DNA of 64,000 bases from Herpetosiphon sp. NSE202 (GCF_042688385.1 NZ_JBHUPY010000007.1:322110-386109); one strand, 5' to 3'; shown: positions 1 through 9,567, counted from the first letter of the stretch. Made by a program: numbers and translations. The notes: generated by a model not told the origin, from the sequence alone.

Positions 1-707
1 GCAATTTGGCCAACCGTGGCTTCGTATTTCTTGGCAATCTGATCAAGTGTGCCGCCAGGCACGGTTAGTTTGCCAGCAGCCAACGGGAACCACGGAATAA
101 AGGCAATTTGTTGGGCTTCGCAAGCATCGACCATACTTTCCCATTCGTGGTCGCCAATGCTATAGCGATTTTGCACTGAAACGATTGGTACAACTTTTTG
201 AGCTTGGGCCAGTTGTTCATTGTTAACTTCGCTCAAGCCAATATGTCGAATCTTGCCTTCGTTGCGCAAATCGCTCAACGCGCCCAACGATTCTTCCAAA
301 GGCACTTCGGCATCGATGCGGTGCAATTGATAAAGGTCGATGCGCTCAAGTTTTAATTGGCGCAAGCTTTTTTCGAGCGAGATGCGCAAGTGTTCAGGCC
401 GCCCATTCGAGTACCAAATGTTTGGGCCGCCACGCAGCAAGCCGCCCTTGGTCGCAATCACCATATCTGATGAATATGGATGCAAGGCTTCGCCGATCAA
501 GCGTTCGCTCACATCGGGGCCATATGAATCAGCGGTATCGATAAAATTCACCCCAAGTTCGGCAGCGCGGCGCAAGACAGCCTTCGCTTGTTCGCGGTCG
601 TTTGGCTCGCCCCAAATTCCATCGCCAGTGATGCGCATCGCACCATAGCCCAACCGCCGAATTTCGAGATCGCCACCAAGCTTAAATGTTAGAGAACCGA
701 GGCTCAT
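1..707 (-). CDS. aldo/keto reductase family oxidoreductase; N-terminal part only, the C-terminus lies beyond the window start
   Basis: Minus-strand frame opens at ATG (complement 705-707) with GGAGG 6 nt upstream. It reads MSLGSLTFKLGGDLEIRRLGYGAMRITGDG...NFIDTADSYG...IATKGG...DLYQLHR, which contains the AKR IDTAxxYG signature. The frame stays open to position 1, so it is absent from the ORF track for lack of a stop. Confidence 0.8.
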   Translation of the reverse strand, partial: MSLGSLTFKLGGDLEIRRLGYGAMRITGDGIWGEPNDREQAKAVLRRAAELGVNFIDTADSYGPDVSERLIGEALHPYSSDMVIATKGGLLRGGPNIWYSNGRPEHLRISLEKSLRQLKLERIDLYQLHRIDAEVPLEESLGALSDLRNEGKIRHIGLSEVNNEQLAQAQKVVPIVSVQNRYSIGDHEWESMVDACEAQQIAFIPWFPLAAGKLTVPGGTLDQIAKKYEATVGQI

Positions 708-803
708 CGAGCTTCCTCCACAACACAATCAATACCGTTCAGTACGGAACTTCATCTATTGTACCCCCAAAAACCCTAAAATTCAGGCTTATCGCTGGGG
801 AAT

Positions 804-1439
804 TTAATCGATCAAGCGGGTGGCAATATCGGGAACTTGAAAAAAGACCTCGCGGGGCGCATACGGTGCAAAATCTTGGATGCGGCTCATGCCCCAACCA
901 ACCGCGCCAAAAGCCAATTGGGCTTGCTTAGCGGCTTCTGCATCGCGAATTTCGTCGCCAACACACAGAATTTTTTCGCGCTCGAGGTTTGCTTTGCGCA
1001 CAATTCGTTCAAAGCGCGCTCGTTTGCGCAAAATCGGCACACTACATTCATAAAACTCAATTACATTGGCTAAGGCATCGCCCAGCACATGGCGCACATT
1101 CTCCTCGCTATTGCTACTGACCACGCCCAAACGCACATCGGCGGCACTCAACTGAGCCAAAATTATTTCCATACCCTCAAACAGCTGAATCTGCCGAATA
1201 TTCTGAGCCGCTAGTTGGCGAACATGCCGAGCAATGAGTGGCACTTTCCACCAAGCAACCTGCATATAGTTCATCACCTCGCGCGGGCTGCGGCCCCGCA
1301 ATTCGCTAAATTCCTTCGGCGTAAGTTGACGAAATTTATATTTTTCGGCCACCCCGTTGATCGCCTTGACCAACCAAGGAATCGAATCGGCCAACGTGCC
1401 ATCAAAATCAAACAGAATCAATTCGTATTTTTTCATCAC
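804..1439 (-). CDS. HAD-superfamily hydrolase (phosphatase-like)
   Basis: 211-aa ORF. N-terminal LILFDFDGTLADS is HAD motif I (DxDGT); GDEIRD matches motif IV. Normal GC. Confidence 0.8.
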   Translation of the reverse strand: MMKKYELILFDFDGTLADSIPWLVKAINGVAEKYKFRQLTPKEFSELRGRSPREVMNYMQVAWWKVPLIARHVRQLAAQNIRQIQLFEGMEIILAQLSAADVRLGVVSSNSEENVRHVLGDALANVIEFYECSVPILRKRARFERIVRKANLEREKILCVGDEIRDAEAAKQAQLAFGAVGWGMSRIQDFAPYAPREVFFQVPDIATRLID

Positions 1440-1587
1440 ATCACACCACTAAAATTGCTCATTGCTAAGCATACCTTGTGCTGGGCTAGTTGCCAATTCG
1501 GATAAGGTTCAATCTGGATGGAAGCCTTAGAAGCATCATCCGAAAAGCTGAAATTATACTTCAGTACTTGGTATAATAGCCAGTATC

Positions 1588-2061
1588 ATGATTCAGAAGA
1601 GGCGTATATTTATGTCAAATAAACTATCAGTAAATACGGTAAATCGTCAACTAAAGGCAGCATTAAGTCGTTTATTAAGAAAAGATCTTTGTTTACTAAA
1701 GCAAGGACTTCATGAACGGACAATCGTTCACAAATTTGCTACCTATCTACAAATTAAATTTCCTGATTGGGATGTGGATGTTGAATATAACAGAAATATT
1801 AATGATATTAAAGAGATTGTTATAGATTTAGAAGAAAAGAGAATTATTCCTGATATTATCATCCATCATCGGCAAACACATGAAAATTTACTTGCAATTG
1901 AAGTTAAAGCGTTACAAAGGCCTAACCGCAAATCTATAGCTAAAGATAAGATAAAGCTTCAACGCTATAAAGATCAATTAGGCTATGATTATGCCTGTTT
2001 TATCTTATTCATCGTAAAAGATTCAACTAATCCTGAGCCTTATACCATTGAATGGATCTAA
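1588..2061 (+). CDS. orphan low-GC hypothetical protein with a PD-(D/E)xK nuclease-like motif
   Basis: 157-aa ORF in a strikingly AT-rich (about 30% GC) island. TATAAT at 1572-1577; an alternative start at 1612 has a GAAGAGG SD-like sequence. The protein contains IIPDIIIHH...LLAIEVKALQR, i.e. hPD...(E)xK with YraN/Hjc-like spacing. Confidence 0.6.
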   Translation: MIQKRRIFMSNKLSVNTVNRQLKAALSRLLRKDLCLLKQGLHERTIVHKFATYLQIKFPDWDVDVEYNRNINDIKEIVIDLEEKRIIPDIIIHHRQTHENLLAIEVKALQRPNRKSIAKDKIKLQRYKDQLGYDYACFILFIVKDSTNPEPYTIEWI

Positions 2062-2109
2062 GCATCCAAGATTTTGGGCACAGTTTGGGCCAAAGTTGCC
2101 AATGAAACC
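2055..2109. repeat. degenerate direct-repeat copy of the 3' end of the adjacent sensor kinase gene
   Basis: gatctaagcatccaagattttgggcacagtttgggccaaagttgccaatgaaacc is about 85% identical to 2279-2333, which encodes the kinase C-terminus (SLATLAQTVRNILDA on the minus strand). This copy carries an indel and no longer preserves the frame. Confidence 0.6.
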
Positions 2110-2278
2110 AGAATGTTTAACGGAGAGGCGCAGAGTGTTTTTTGCACGCGAAGCACCCAAAGTTTGGGAATTGGAACCCTAACAACAATCCAACAAACAA
2201 ACGTTAGGGGGTGTAGGGGGCTGAAAACCCCCGGCGTTTCCCTCCGGCGGAGGGACGGAAGGGTGGCGAACGATGCAA

Positions 2279-2333
2279 GATCTAAGCATCCAAGATATTG
2301 CGAACTGTTTGCGCTAAAGTTGCCAATGAAAAC
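2279..2333. repeat. direct-repeat partner; the authentic 3' terminus of the kinase gene
   Basis: gatctaagcatccaagatattgcgaactgtttgcgctaaagttgccaatgaaaacgg; see 2055-2109. Confidence 0.6.
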
Positions 2334-4438
2334 GGCTTGCTAAGCAACAACGGTTGCTGCGCAAATTGCTGTTGTTGGGCCAAACTATGTTCAGAATAGC
2401 CTGAAATAAACAAAATTTTGAGGCTTGGGTCACGCTCGCTCACCAGCTGGCCTAGCTCAAAACCACCCATTTGCGGCATAACCAGATCACTGATCAACAG
2501 CTTAATTGTGCCTGTAGCGTGAGCCTGCAAGACTTCCAAGGCAGCTGAGCCGTGAGCTGCTTCTAGCACCCGATAGCCCAAGCCTTGCAGCATGCGCACC
2601 AAAACCGCCCGCACCTGTGGCTCGTCCTCGCTGACCAAGATGGTTTCGTTGCCTCGAGGCAGGTTTTGGCTAGCATTTGGCGACTCAATGGCGGGCATTT
2701 GCTCCGAACGCGGCAAATAGATTTTGATTGTTGTGCCACGATCAACTTCACTATACAAACTAATATGGCCACCATGTTGTTTGATAATTCCATAACTGGT
2801 TGCCAAGCCCAAGCCAGTGCCTTCGTGATCGCTTTTGGTGGTAAAAAATGGCTCAAATGCGCGGCTTTGCACTGCTTGCGTCATTCCAACCCCGCTATCA
2901 CTTACTGCAAACACCACATACTGGCCAATCGGCACATCAACATGGCTACGCGCATAGGCTGCATCAACCACCAGATTATGGGTTTCAACCAACAAATGCC
3001 CACCATTGGGCATCGCATCGCGCGCATTGACCACAAGATTTAAAAGCACTTGCTCAATTTGGCCTGCATCAGCCACAACGACATCAATAGCAGGGTCAAG
3101 CACAGTTTTCCAGTGAATTGATTCAGGCAAGACGCGCTTAATTAATTTTTCCATGGCAATAATTAAATCGTTAAGATTAATGATTTTTGGTTGGAGCTGT
3201 TGCTTGCGGGCAAAGGTTAATAATTGACTTGTGAGTAATGCAGCGCGATTCGTTGCATGTTGAATTTCAGTTAATTCTTCGAGCACTGGCAAACCATGCT
3301 GAAAACTATCAATCGCCAGCGTGGTATAGCCACTAATTGCTGTTAGCAAATTATTAAAATCATGAGCTACACCACCAGCCAAGCGCCCAATACTTTCCAT
3401 CTTTTGAGCCTGAATTAATTGCATTTGCAATTGATTGCGATCAGTTCGATCTTCTGTATGCACCATAATTAAATCTGGCTCAATAAAAACATAGCTTACA
3501 TATAAATCTCTGAATTGCTCGCTAAATTTAAATTGATAGCGTAACTCTTGATGAATTGTACTTTTTGTCTGACAACAACGCTGAAAATGATCGATGATTT
3601 CCGGATCATGTTGATAGACAATTTTGGCTGATTGGTTGACAAATTTGGTAATTGTGCCTTGCGTGATGGCAATAGCTGCATCGTTGTAGCTTTCGAGAAT
3701 AAAATCATTATCAACCCAACGCCATGTATAGGTTGGAATCGGAATCCCAGCATATTGGGCGCGAAATTGGTTTTCGCTAGCGCTCAATTGGGCAACTGCC
3801 AAACGCTGTAAACTTGCCAAGCGATAGACTACGCCAGCAATCATAATCAAAAAGATCGACCAACCCACTAAGACCAACGAATAGCGTTCCGATTGGCGTT
3901 TAATCGCTATTTCCAAATCAAGATACAGCCGATTTTCCAACTGCTCTGCTTCTAACTCAAGTTGCGAGAAGGCGATACGCCGATCGATCGTGGTTTGAGC
4001 GTGATTTTGGGGGCGATTGAGATGCTGCAATAACAAGCCGCGAAAATTGGCTAAATCTTGGTGATATTGGCTGAGCGCTTGGGCCATGGGTGGGGCTGGC
4101 GGCAGCAATTGCTCAAATACGGCAACCGGATTTTGGCCTTGCTGCCAATCATCAACCGCCAAAATTGCCCAATCAAGGTAGGCGATTGCATCTTGGGCCA
4201 ACAAGGTTTGGTTGCCATTTAGCACTTGCTCGGCAATCAAATAGCCGCGTTGCATATTCAAGCGGGCTTGAGTCAGGCCATTGAATGCAGTAATTTGGGT
4301 TTGAATCATTGCGCGCATTTGGGCATAATTGGCCTGCAACAAGCCAATTGAAACCAAGGCCACGCTCAATAAGGCGATTAATGGGCGTAATTCTTTGCGC
4401 CGCAGCCAAGCCAAAGCCTTCATGAGCCATGCTCGCAC
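2282..4438 (-). CDS. hybrid sensor histidine kinase with a periplasmic sensor region, PAS-like segment, HisKA, HATPase_c and C-terminal receiver domain
   Basis: 718 aa. N-terminus has a TM helix, a roughly 180-aa extracytoplasmic region and a second TM helix. H-box VAHDFNNLLTAISGY; G-box GTGLGLATSYGI; C-terminal REC domain (ILVSEDE...LISDLVMPQMGG...). Overlaps the upstream SBP gene by 19 nt. Confidence 0.85.
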   Translation of the reverse strand: MRAWLMKALAWLRRKELRPLIALLSVALVSIGLLQANYAQMRAMIQTQITAFNGLTQARLNMQRGYLIAEQVLNGNQTLLAQDAIAYLDWAILAVDDWQQGQNPVAVFEQLLPPAPPMAQALSQYHQDLANFRGLLLQHLNRPQNHAQTTIDRRIAFSQLELEAEQLENRLYLDLEIAIKRQSERYSLVLVGWSIFLIMIAGVVYRLASLQRLAVAQLSASENQFRAQYAGIPIPTYTWRWVDNDFILESYNDAAIAITQGTITKFVNQSAKIVYQHDPEIIDHFQRCCQTKSTIHQELRYQFKFSEQFRDLYVSYVFIEPDLIMVHTEDRTDRNQLQMQLIQAQKMESIGRLAGGVAHDFNNLLTAISGYTTLAIDSFQHGLPVLEELTEIQHATNRAALLTSQLLTFARKQQLQPKIINLNDLIIAMEKLIKRVLPESIHWKTVLDPAIDVVVADAGQIEQVLLNLVVNARDAMPNGGHLLVETHNLVVDAAYARSHVDVPIGQYVVFAVSDSGVGMTQAVQSRAFEPFFTTKSDHEGTGLGLATSYGIIKQHGGHISLYSEVDRGTTIKIYLPRSEQMPAIESPNASQNLPRGNETILVSEDEPQVRAVLVRMLQGLGYRVLEAAHGSAALEVLQAHATGTIKLLISDLVMPQMGGFELGQLVSERDPSLKILFISGYSEHSLAQQQQFAQQPLLLSKPFSLATLAQTVRNILDA

Positions 4439-5295
4439 GCCTGGAGAATACTGGCAGTTGAACGATTGGGCAATTGTTCGCGCGCAAAACCAAACGGCGC
4501 AATCAAGCCATAATGTTCGTCGCTGCCAATAAATCCAAGCAACTGCTGATCGATTGCGCTGCGTAAATGGGTATCAGCAGGGCGCATCGCAAACGCCCCA
4601 TAGCCAATACTCAGATTACCATCGATGATTGGCGGCACAAATGGCTGAGCACGTTCAACCTGATTTGGCGCTTGCTGAACTAAGAGATCGACGCTAATGT
4701 CGGTTAAGGCTAAGCCATCGGCCCGCCCGGCGAGCACTGCCGCCAAGCCAGTTTGCACATCGGGCACAAATAATAATTGCTGAGCATCAATCCCAAGGAT
4801 TTGGGCGATTGTTGCTTCCTCAGCGCCGCGCATCACCGCCAACCACCGATCAGGTCGCCGAAAATCGCTAAAACTCTGAATACGCAGGGGATTGCCAAAC
4901 TGAACCAAGATCGCGGGACTCAGGGCAAAAGTTGGTTGACTAAAAGCCAACAGCTGGGCACGTTCGCAGGTAATAAACATGCCGCTAGCAATCAGATCAA
5001 ACTTGCCAGCCTGCAAGCCAGGAATTAAATCGGCCCACTCGGTCTGAACCCATTCAAGCTGAGGGATGCCTAAGCGCTGCATAACCCATGTCATTACCAC
5101 CGCCGCCTCGCCGTGCATCTCGCCGCTGGCACTACGATAAGCAAACGGAGCTTCGGGAGCATAGCCAATCCGGATCATGCCAGTGCGTTGGGCACGTTCT
5201 AAGGTTGTTTCCACCGGAGTTGTCAGCCACCAGATTAAAGCAGTGGTAACAATAATCAGCGTTAAACCAGCAAAGCTCCACCATGCTCGACGCAT
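4420..5295 (-). CDS. periplasmic substrate-binding protein (SBP_bac_3 / amino-acid ABC-type family), probably the ligand-binding partner of the downstream kinase
   Basis: 291 aa with an N-terminal signal/TM segment (WSFAGLTLIIVTTALIWWL). It has a type-II SBP-like two-lobe sequence pattern. Its 3' end overlaps the kinase start, indicating translational coupling. Confidence 0.75.
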   Translation of the reverse strand: MRRAWWSFAGLTLIIVTTALIWWLTTPVETTLERAQRTGMIRIGYAPEAPFAYRSASGEMHGEAAVVMTWVMQRLGIPQLEWVQTEWADLIPGLQAGKFDLIASGMFITCERAQLLAFSQPTFALSPAILVQFGNPLRIQSFSDFRRPDRWLAVMRGAEEATIAQILGIDAQQLLFVPDVQTGLAAVLAGRADGLALTDISVDLLVQQAPNQVERAQPFVPPIIDGNLSIGYGAFAMRPADTHLRSAIDQQLLGFIGSDEHYGLIAPFGFAREQLPNRSTASILQACEHGS

Positions 5296-5465
5296 GCCAA
5301 AACCTCCAGCGCAAGAGGTTGCAGCAAGCTCACCAATTGCGAACTGCGATCAGCGAGTCAAGCGCAAAGTGCCTGATACTATTGGGCTATAGTATAACGC
5401 AGCTAGTTGAGGATAGCACTAGTACTACGCCGTTATCCGTACTAAAGAACTAGTGCACAGAGCTG

Positions 5466-5506
5466 AGGCCAGCAAAAAGCCCGGACTCGTGTGAGTCCAG
5501 GCTTTG
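5466..5506 (-). terminator. putative intrinsic terminator downstream of the zinc-ribbon gene
   Basis: Inverted repeat cccggactc-gtgt-gagtccagg. On the minus strand the hairpin is followed by CTTTTTGCTG. Confidence 0.4.
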
Positions 5507-5539
5507 CTTATAAGAGTGAGGATTGATTCCCCAGGGTTC

Positions 5540-5950
5540 TTACCAGCGGTTCGAGCGTGATGATGATTGTTGGCTTTGGAAGCAATCGCGGCAGTAAACT
5601 GGCTTGTCGCCACGTGGTACGAATGGCACTTGTGCAGGGCCGCCACATGATGAACAGGTGGTGGTGTGCATTTCGCGTTGACCGCGATCTGAGCTGAAGC
5701 CACCACGATCTGAGCTGTAACCACCACGGTCTGAGCCATAGCTGCTGCGGCTGTAGCCACCACCGCCGCCACGGCTTGAGCTTTCGTAGCCACCGCCACC
5801 GCGATTTTGTTTGCGGGCTTGGCGGCAGTTTGAACAGCGAGTTGGCTCGTTGTCAAAGCCCTTTTGAGCGTAAAATTCTTGTTCGCCAGCGGTAAATACG
5901 AACTCGTTGCCACAATCGCGGCAGTTCAACGTCTTGTCGGTAAAGCTCAT
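5540..5950 (-). CDS. double zinc-ribbon (CxxC...CxxC) protein with a central Gly/Arg/Ser-rich RGG-like low-complexity linker
   Basis: 136 aa. N-terminal CRDCGNEFVFTAGEQEFYAQKGF...CSNCRQ and C-terminal CSSCGG...CRDCFQ, separated by (GGGGY/SSDRGG)n repeats. GGAGAAACAAGCTA precedes the ATG. The overlapping 5425-5913 ORF in the other frame is Ala-rich and judged spurious. Confidence 0.7.
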   Translation of the reverse strand: MSFTDKTLNCRDCGNEFVFTAGEQEFYAQKGFDNEPTRCSNCRQARKQNRGGGGYESSSRGGGGGYSRSSYGSDRGGYSSDRGGFSSDRGQREMHTTTCSSCGGPAQVPFVPRGDKPVYCRDCFQSQQSSSRSNRW

Positions 5951-6233
5951 TAGCTTGTTTCTCCAACTATGGTAAGGGATTCCAATTGTTTCAGGTTGGA
6001 GTCACGAAGCTCAGGGAAGAGATTGCATATCCACTCAGTCCGAGGTAATGTGAGGAACCAAACCATGTCAACGCAATCATTGTACCAAAACTATCTACAA
6101 TTTACAAGAGGCAAAATGTGCTTTTTTGCCACGAGTTTAATCATGCGGGGTAGCTAGGGGTGAAAAAGTGGTTAAACTATGGTGGCAAAGGGTAGGTAGC
6201 TAGTTAGCCCACCCTACCCTTTACCCAACATGC

Positions 6234-7370
6234 TTAGCTGCCGAAGATTTTGCTCCAGAAGCCACGCTCTTTTTGCTCGAAATGATCCATGCCCATGGTC
6301 TCGCCAAGTTTCTGGAACAGTTCGCGCTGGTCTTCGTTGAGTTTGGTTGGCACGCGCACTTTAACCACGACCATTTGATCACCACGGCGGCCTAAGTTGC
6401 GTCCCGATGAATCGATGTAGGGCACGCCTTTGCCGCGCAAGGTAAAGACTGTCCCATCTTGAGTGCCCGCTGGCACATTCAACGGCTCGTCGCCATCAAC
6501 GGTTGGCACGTTTAATTGTGCACCCAAGGCTGCTTGCACAATGTTAATTGGCAGTTGCAACAGAATATTGTTCTCTTCACGCACAAAGAAATCGTGTGGC
6601 TGCACCCGTAAATTAACATAGAGATCGCCAGCAGAGCCACCACTTGGCCCGCTATCGCCAGCACCACCAATTCGAATCCGCATGCCATCATCAACCCCAG
6701 CTGGTACGGTCAATTTGCGCTTGACGGTTTCACGAACGCGGCCTTCGCCGCGACAGGTTTTACATGGAATCGGAATAATCACGCCGCGCCCAGAACATTG
6801 ATCACAGGTGGTGACGGTGACCATATTCAGGAACGTGCGCACCCGCATCTCACCTGAGCCTTGGCATTTAGGACAGCGGGTTGGCTCGGTGCCAGGTTCA
6901 GCGCCGGTGCCGCCACAAGGCCCACACGATTCAAGCCGCCGGTAATCAAGCTCTTTTTCGGTGCCAAAAATTGCTTCTTCAAAGCTAATCACCAAATCGG
7001 CGCGTAAATCGGCTCCTTGGCGCGCGCCACCACGGTTGCCGCCGCGTGCACCTTGGCCAAAGAAGGCATCGAAGATGGTGCTAAATGGATCACCGCCAGC
7101 GCCACCAAAGCCCGAAAATGGGTCGAAGCCTTGGCCGCTACTGCCAGCGTGACCAAATTGATCGTACATGCGGCGCTTTTGATCGCTCGAAAGCACCTCG
7201 TAGGCTTCGGTTGCCTCTTTGAATTTGTTTTCGGCTTCTGCATTGCCGGGGTTGCGGTCGGGGTGATATTGCATGGCCAACTTGCGGTAGGCCTTTTTGA
7301 TCTCGTCAGGTGAGGCACTTTTGCCCACACCTAGTACTTCGTAGTAGTCGCGTTTTGCCTCAGTTGCCAT
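6234..7370 (-). CDS. dnaJ: molecular chaperone DnaJ
   Basis: J-domain (YYEVLGV...HPDRNP), G/F-rich region, four CxxCxGxG zinc-finger repeats and a C-terminal domain; 378 aa. Confidence 0.95.
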   Translation of the reverse strand: MATEAKRDYYEVLGVGKSASPDEIKKAYRKLAMQYHPDRNPGNAEAENKFKEATEAYEVLSSDQKRRMYDQFGHAGSSGQGFDPFSGFGGAGGDPFSTIFDAFFGQGARGGNRGGARQGADLRADLVISFEEAIFGTEKELDYRRLESCGPCGGTGAEPGTEPTRCPKCQGSGEMRVRTFLNMVTVTTCDQCSGRGVIIPIPCKTCRGEGRVRETVKRKLTVPAGVDDGMRIRIGGAGDSGPSGGSAGDLYVNLRVQPHDFFVREENNILLQLPINIVQAALGAQLNVPTVDGDEPLNVPAGTQDGTVFTLRGKGVPYIDSSGRNLGRRGDQMVVVKVRVPTKLNEDQRELFQKLGETMGMDHFEQKERGFWSKIFGS

Positions 7371-7615
7371 ACATATCCCTTATGTAGAAGGATGAAGGAT
7401 GAGGGATGAATTATGAACATCCCCAGCATCCACACCTTAGTTAATCTTGTAGAAGGATGAGGGATGAATTATGAACATCCCCAAACCTTTATACCTTAGG
7501 TTTGTAATGTAAGTTCTGCGCTTGATGTCTAAATTACATATTCAATAATAAAGAATGAAATAACCTTTCTAAATTCATAATTCGTCTATTTCATCCTTCA
7601 TAATTCATAATTCCG
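7371..7615 (-). promoter_or_regulatory. structured AT-rich dnaK-dnaJ intercistronic region with tandem and inverted repeats
   Basis: 245 nt at about 35% GC. Two tandem 35-42 nt repeats (gtagaagga[tgaagga]tgagggatgaattatgaacatcccca at 7384-7425 and 7449-7483), each holding a gggatg-N9-catccc hairpin. Complementary gaattatgaa / ttcataattc motifs lie near the dnaK stop (7588-7614). Confidence 0.4.
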
Positions 7616-9472
7616 TTAGAGTTCTACTTCGTCGGCGTTGCCTTGTTCTTGGCTGGAGGTTTCTGGCTCGATGCCAAAATCGGGTGCTGGCTTGAGCCGT
7701 TGCATTGCCACGCTCAATTCAGCAGTGCGATTGTTGATCGCTTCCATATCGTCGCCATCAAGCACCGCGCGCAGGGCCGCAATCCGATCTTCGACGGTGT
7801 TTCGAGCTGAGTAATCCACATTCTCATCTGCTTCGCGCAACATGCGATCGGCGGCGTAGATTACGCCATCGGCTTTGTTGCGAGTTGCAATTTGATCGCG
7901 ACGAAGGGCATCACTATCGGCGTGATCTTCAGCATCGCGAATCATCGAGGCAATTTCATCATCGTTTAGGCCCGATGATGGCGTGATGGTGATTTTTTGC
8001 TCTTTATTCGTCGCTTTATCGGTCGCGCTGACATTAACAATCCCATTGGCATCAATATCAAAAATAACTTCAATTTGCGGCACGCCACGCGGCGCGGCAG
8101 GAATGCCATCGAGGGTAAAGCGCGCCAACGATTTATTGTGACGGGCTTCAGCGCGTTCACCTTGCAACACATGAATTTCGACGCTATTTTGATTATCGCT
8201 CGCAGTTGAGAAAATTTGCGAGCGCTTGGTCGGAATCGTGGTGTTGCGATCAATCAGCGGAGTCATTACGCCGCCATAGGTTTCGATGCCCAAGGTTAAT
8301 GGCGTTACGTCAAGCAACAGCACATCGGTTACATCGCCCGAAAGCACGCCCGCCTGAATTGCCGCGCCAATCGCCACCACTTCATCGGGATTCACGCCTT
8401 TGTGTGGGTCTTTGCCAAAGAATTTTTTGACGGCTGCTTGCACAGCTGGCATGCGGGTTTGACCACCAACCAAAATCACTTCATCAACTTCGCTGGCCTT
8501 CAAACCAGCATCTTGCAAAGCGAGCTTGATTGGTTTGAGCGTGCGTTCGACCAAATCGGCGGTCAATTGCTCAAGTTTGGCGCGGGTTAAAGTCGTGTTC
8601 AAGTGTTTGGGGCCGCTAGCATCGGCGCTGATAAATGGAAGCGAAATATCGGTTTGCAGCACGCTCGAAAGTTCTTGCTTGGCCTTTTCGGCAGCTTCTT
8701 TCAAGCGTTGCAAGGCCATGCGGTCGCTGCGCAAATCGATATTATTTTCGCGTTGAAACTCACTTGCCAGCCAGTCGATAATCTTTTGATCGAAATCATC
8801 GCCGCCGAGGTGGGTATCGCCGTTGGTTGCGCGAACCTCGAATACCCCATCGCCAAGCTCCAAAATTGAAACGTCGAAGGTGCCGCCACCAAGGTCATAG
8901 ACGACAATTAATTCGTTGGTGTTGCGATCCAAGCCATAGGCCAAGGCGCTGGCGGTTGGCTCGTTGATGATGCGCAATACTTCGAGGCCAGCAATTTTGC
9001 CAGCATCTTTGGTCGCTTGACGCTGCGAATCATCAAAATAGGCCGGAACCGTAATCACAGCTTGGGTGACAGGCTCGCCCAAATAGGCTTCGGCATCGGC
9101 TTTGAGTTTTTGCAAAATCATGGCCGAAACTTCTTGGGGCGAATAATCGCGACCGCCCATCAAAACTCGCGCATCGCCATTGGGCGCGCTGGTCATGCGA
9201 TAGGGAATCAAATCTTTATCACGTTGAACGCTAGGATGATCTAATTTACGGCCAATAAAGCGCTTGACTGAGTAAATTGTATTTTCGGGATTGGTGACCG
9301 ATTGGCGCTTGGCCACTAAGCCAACCGTGCGTTCACCGTTTTTGCTCAAGGCGACAATTGAAGGCGTGGTGCGTGCGCCTTCAGCGTTGGGAATCACCAC
9401 CGCCTCGCCACCTTCCATGACCGCAACCACTGAATTGGTTGTTCCAAGGTCAATACCGATCACTTTACCCAT
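7616..9472 (-). CDS. dnaK: molecular chaperone DnaK (Hsp70)
   Basis: [18 protein letters not shown]...[10 protein letters not shown]...C-terminal EEVD-like end. The ORF-track start at 9505 is an upstream extension; the conserved N-terminus begins at ATG 9470-9472, preceded by GGAGCAATAGCAAT. Confidence 0.95.
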   Translation of the reverse strand: MGKVIGIDLGTTNSVVAVMEGGEAVVIPNAEGARTTPSIVALSKNGERTVGLVAKRQSVTNPENTIYSVKRFIGRKLDHPSVQRDKDLIPYRMTSAPNGDARVLMGGRDYSPQEVSAMILQKLKADAEAYLGEPVTQAVITVPAYFDDSQRQATKDAGKIAGLEVLRIINEPTASALAYGLDRNTNELIVVYDLGGGTFDVSILELGDGVFEVRATNGDTHLGGDDFDQKIIDWLASEFQRENNIDLRSDRMALQRLKEAAEKAKQELSSVLQTDISLPFISADASGPKHLNTTLTRAKLEQLTADLVERTLKPIKLALQDAGLKASEVDEVILVGGQTRMPAVQAAVKKFFGKDPHKGVNPDEVVAIGAAIQAGVLSGDVTDVLLLDVTPLTLGIETYGGVMTPLIDRNTTIPTKRSQIFSTASDNQNSVEIHVLQGERAEARHNKSLARFTLDGIPAAPRGVPQIEVIFDIDANGIVNVSATDKATNKEQKITITPSSGLNDDEIASMIRDAEDHADSDALRRDQIATRNKADGVIYAADRMLREADENVDYSARNTVEDRIAALRAVLDGDDMEAINNRTAELSVAMQRLKPAPDFGIEPETSSQEQGNADEVEL

Positions 9473-9497
9473 ATTGCTATTGCTCCACAGACAGCGA

Positions 9498-9556
9498 CAA
9501 AGCATCGTTAAGCGACAGCCACGAACGGCAGCGATGCCACTTATAACGATGCTTTG
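9498..9556 (-). promoter_or_regulatory. stable hairpin in the grpE-dnaK intergenic region, immediately 5' of the dnaK RBS
   Basis: caaagcatcgttaa (9498-9511) pairs with ttataacgatgctttg (9541-9556), giving a 13-bp stem around a roughly 30-nt loop. Confidence 0.4.
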
Positions 9557-9567
9557 CCTAGGTGCTC

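Noticed and set aside
340-648. Plus-strand ORFs (340-648, 686-931) lie inside the first kilobase.
   Set aside because: They overlap the opposite-strand aldo/keto reductase reading frame, which has clear family motifs and an RBS. They are spurious antisense ORFs.
5425-5913. A 162-aa ORF overlaps the zinc-ribbon gene in another frame.
   Set aside because: It is an Ala/Thr-rich low-complexity translation with no RBS. The Cys-ribbon frame has canonical CxxC pairs and an SD, so the alternative is judged an artefact of the GC-rich repeats.
5951-6233. The 280-nt non-coding gap downstream of dnaJ was scanned for a tRNA or small RNA.
   Set aside because: Only two weak hairpins were found (ggcaaaa-tgtgc-ttttgcc, and aagggtagg-N16-cctaccctt). 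There is no cloverleaf or T-loop consensus. It is probably a terminator region only.
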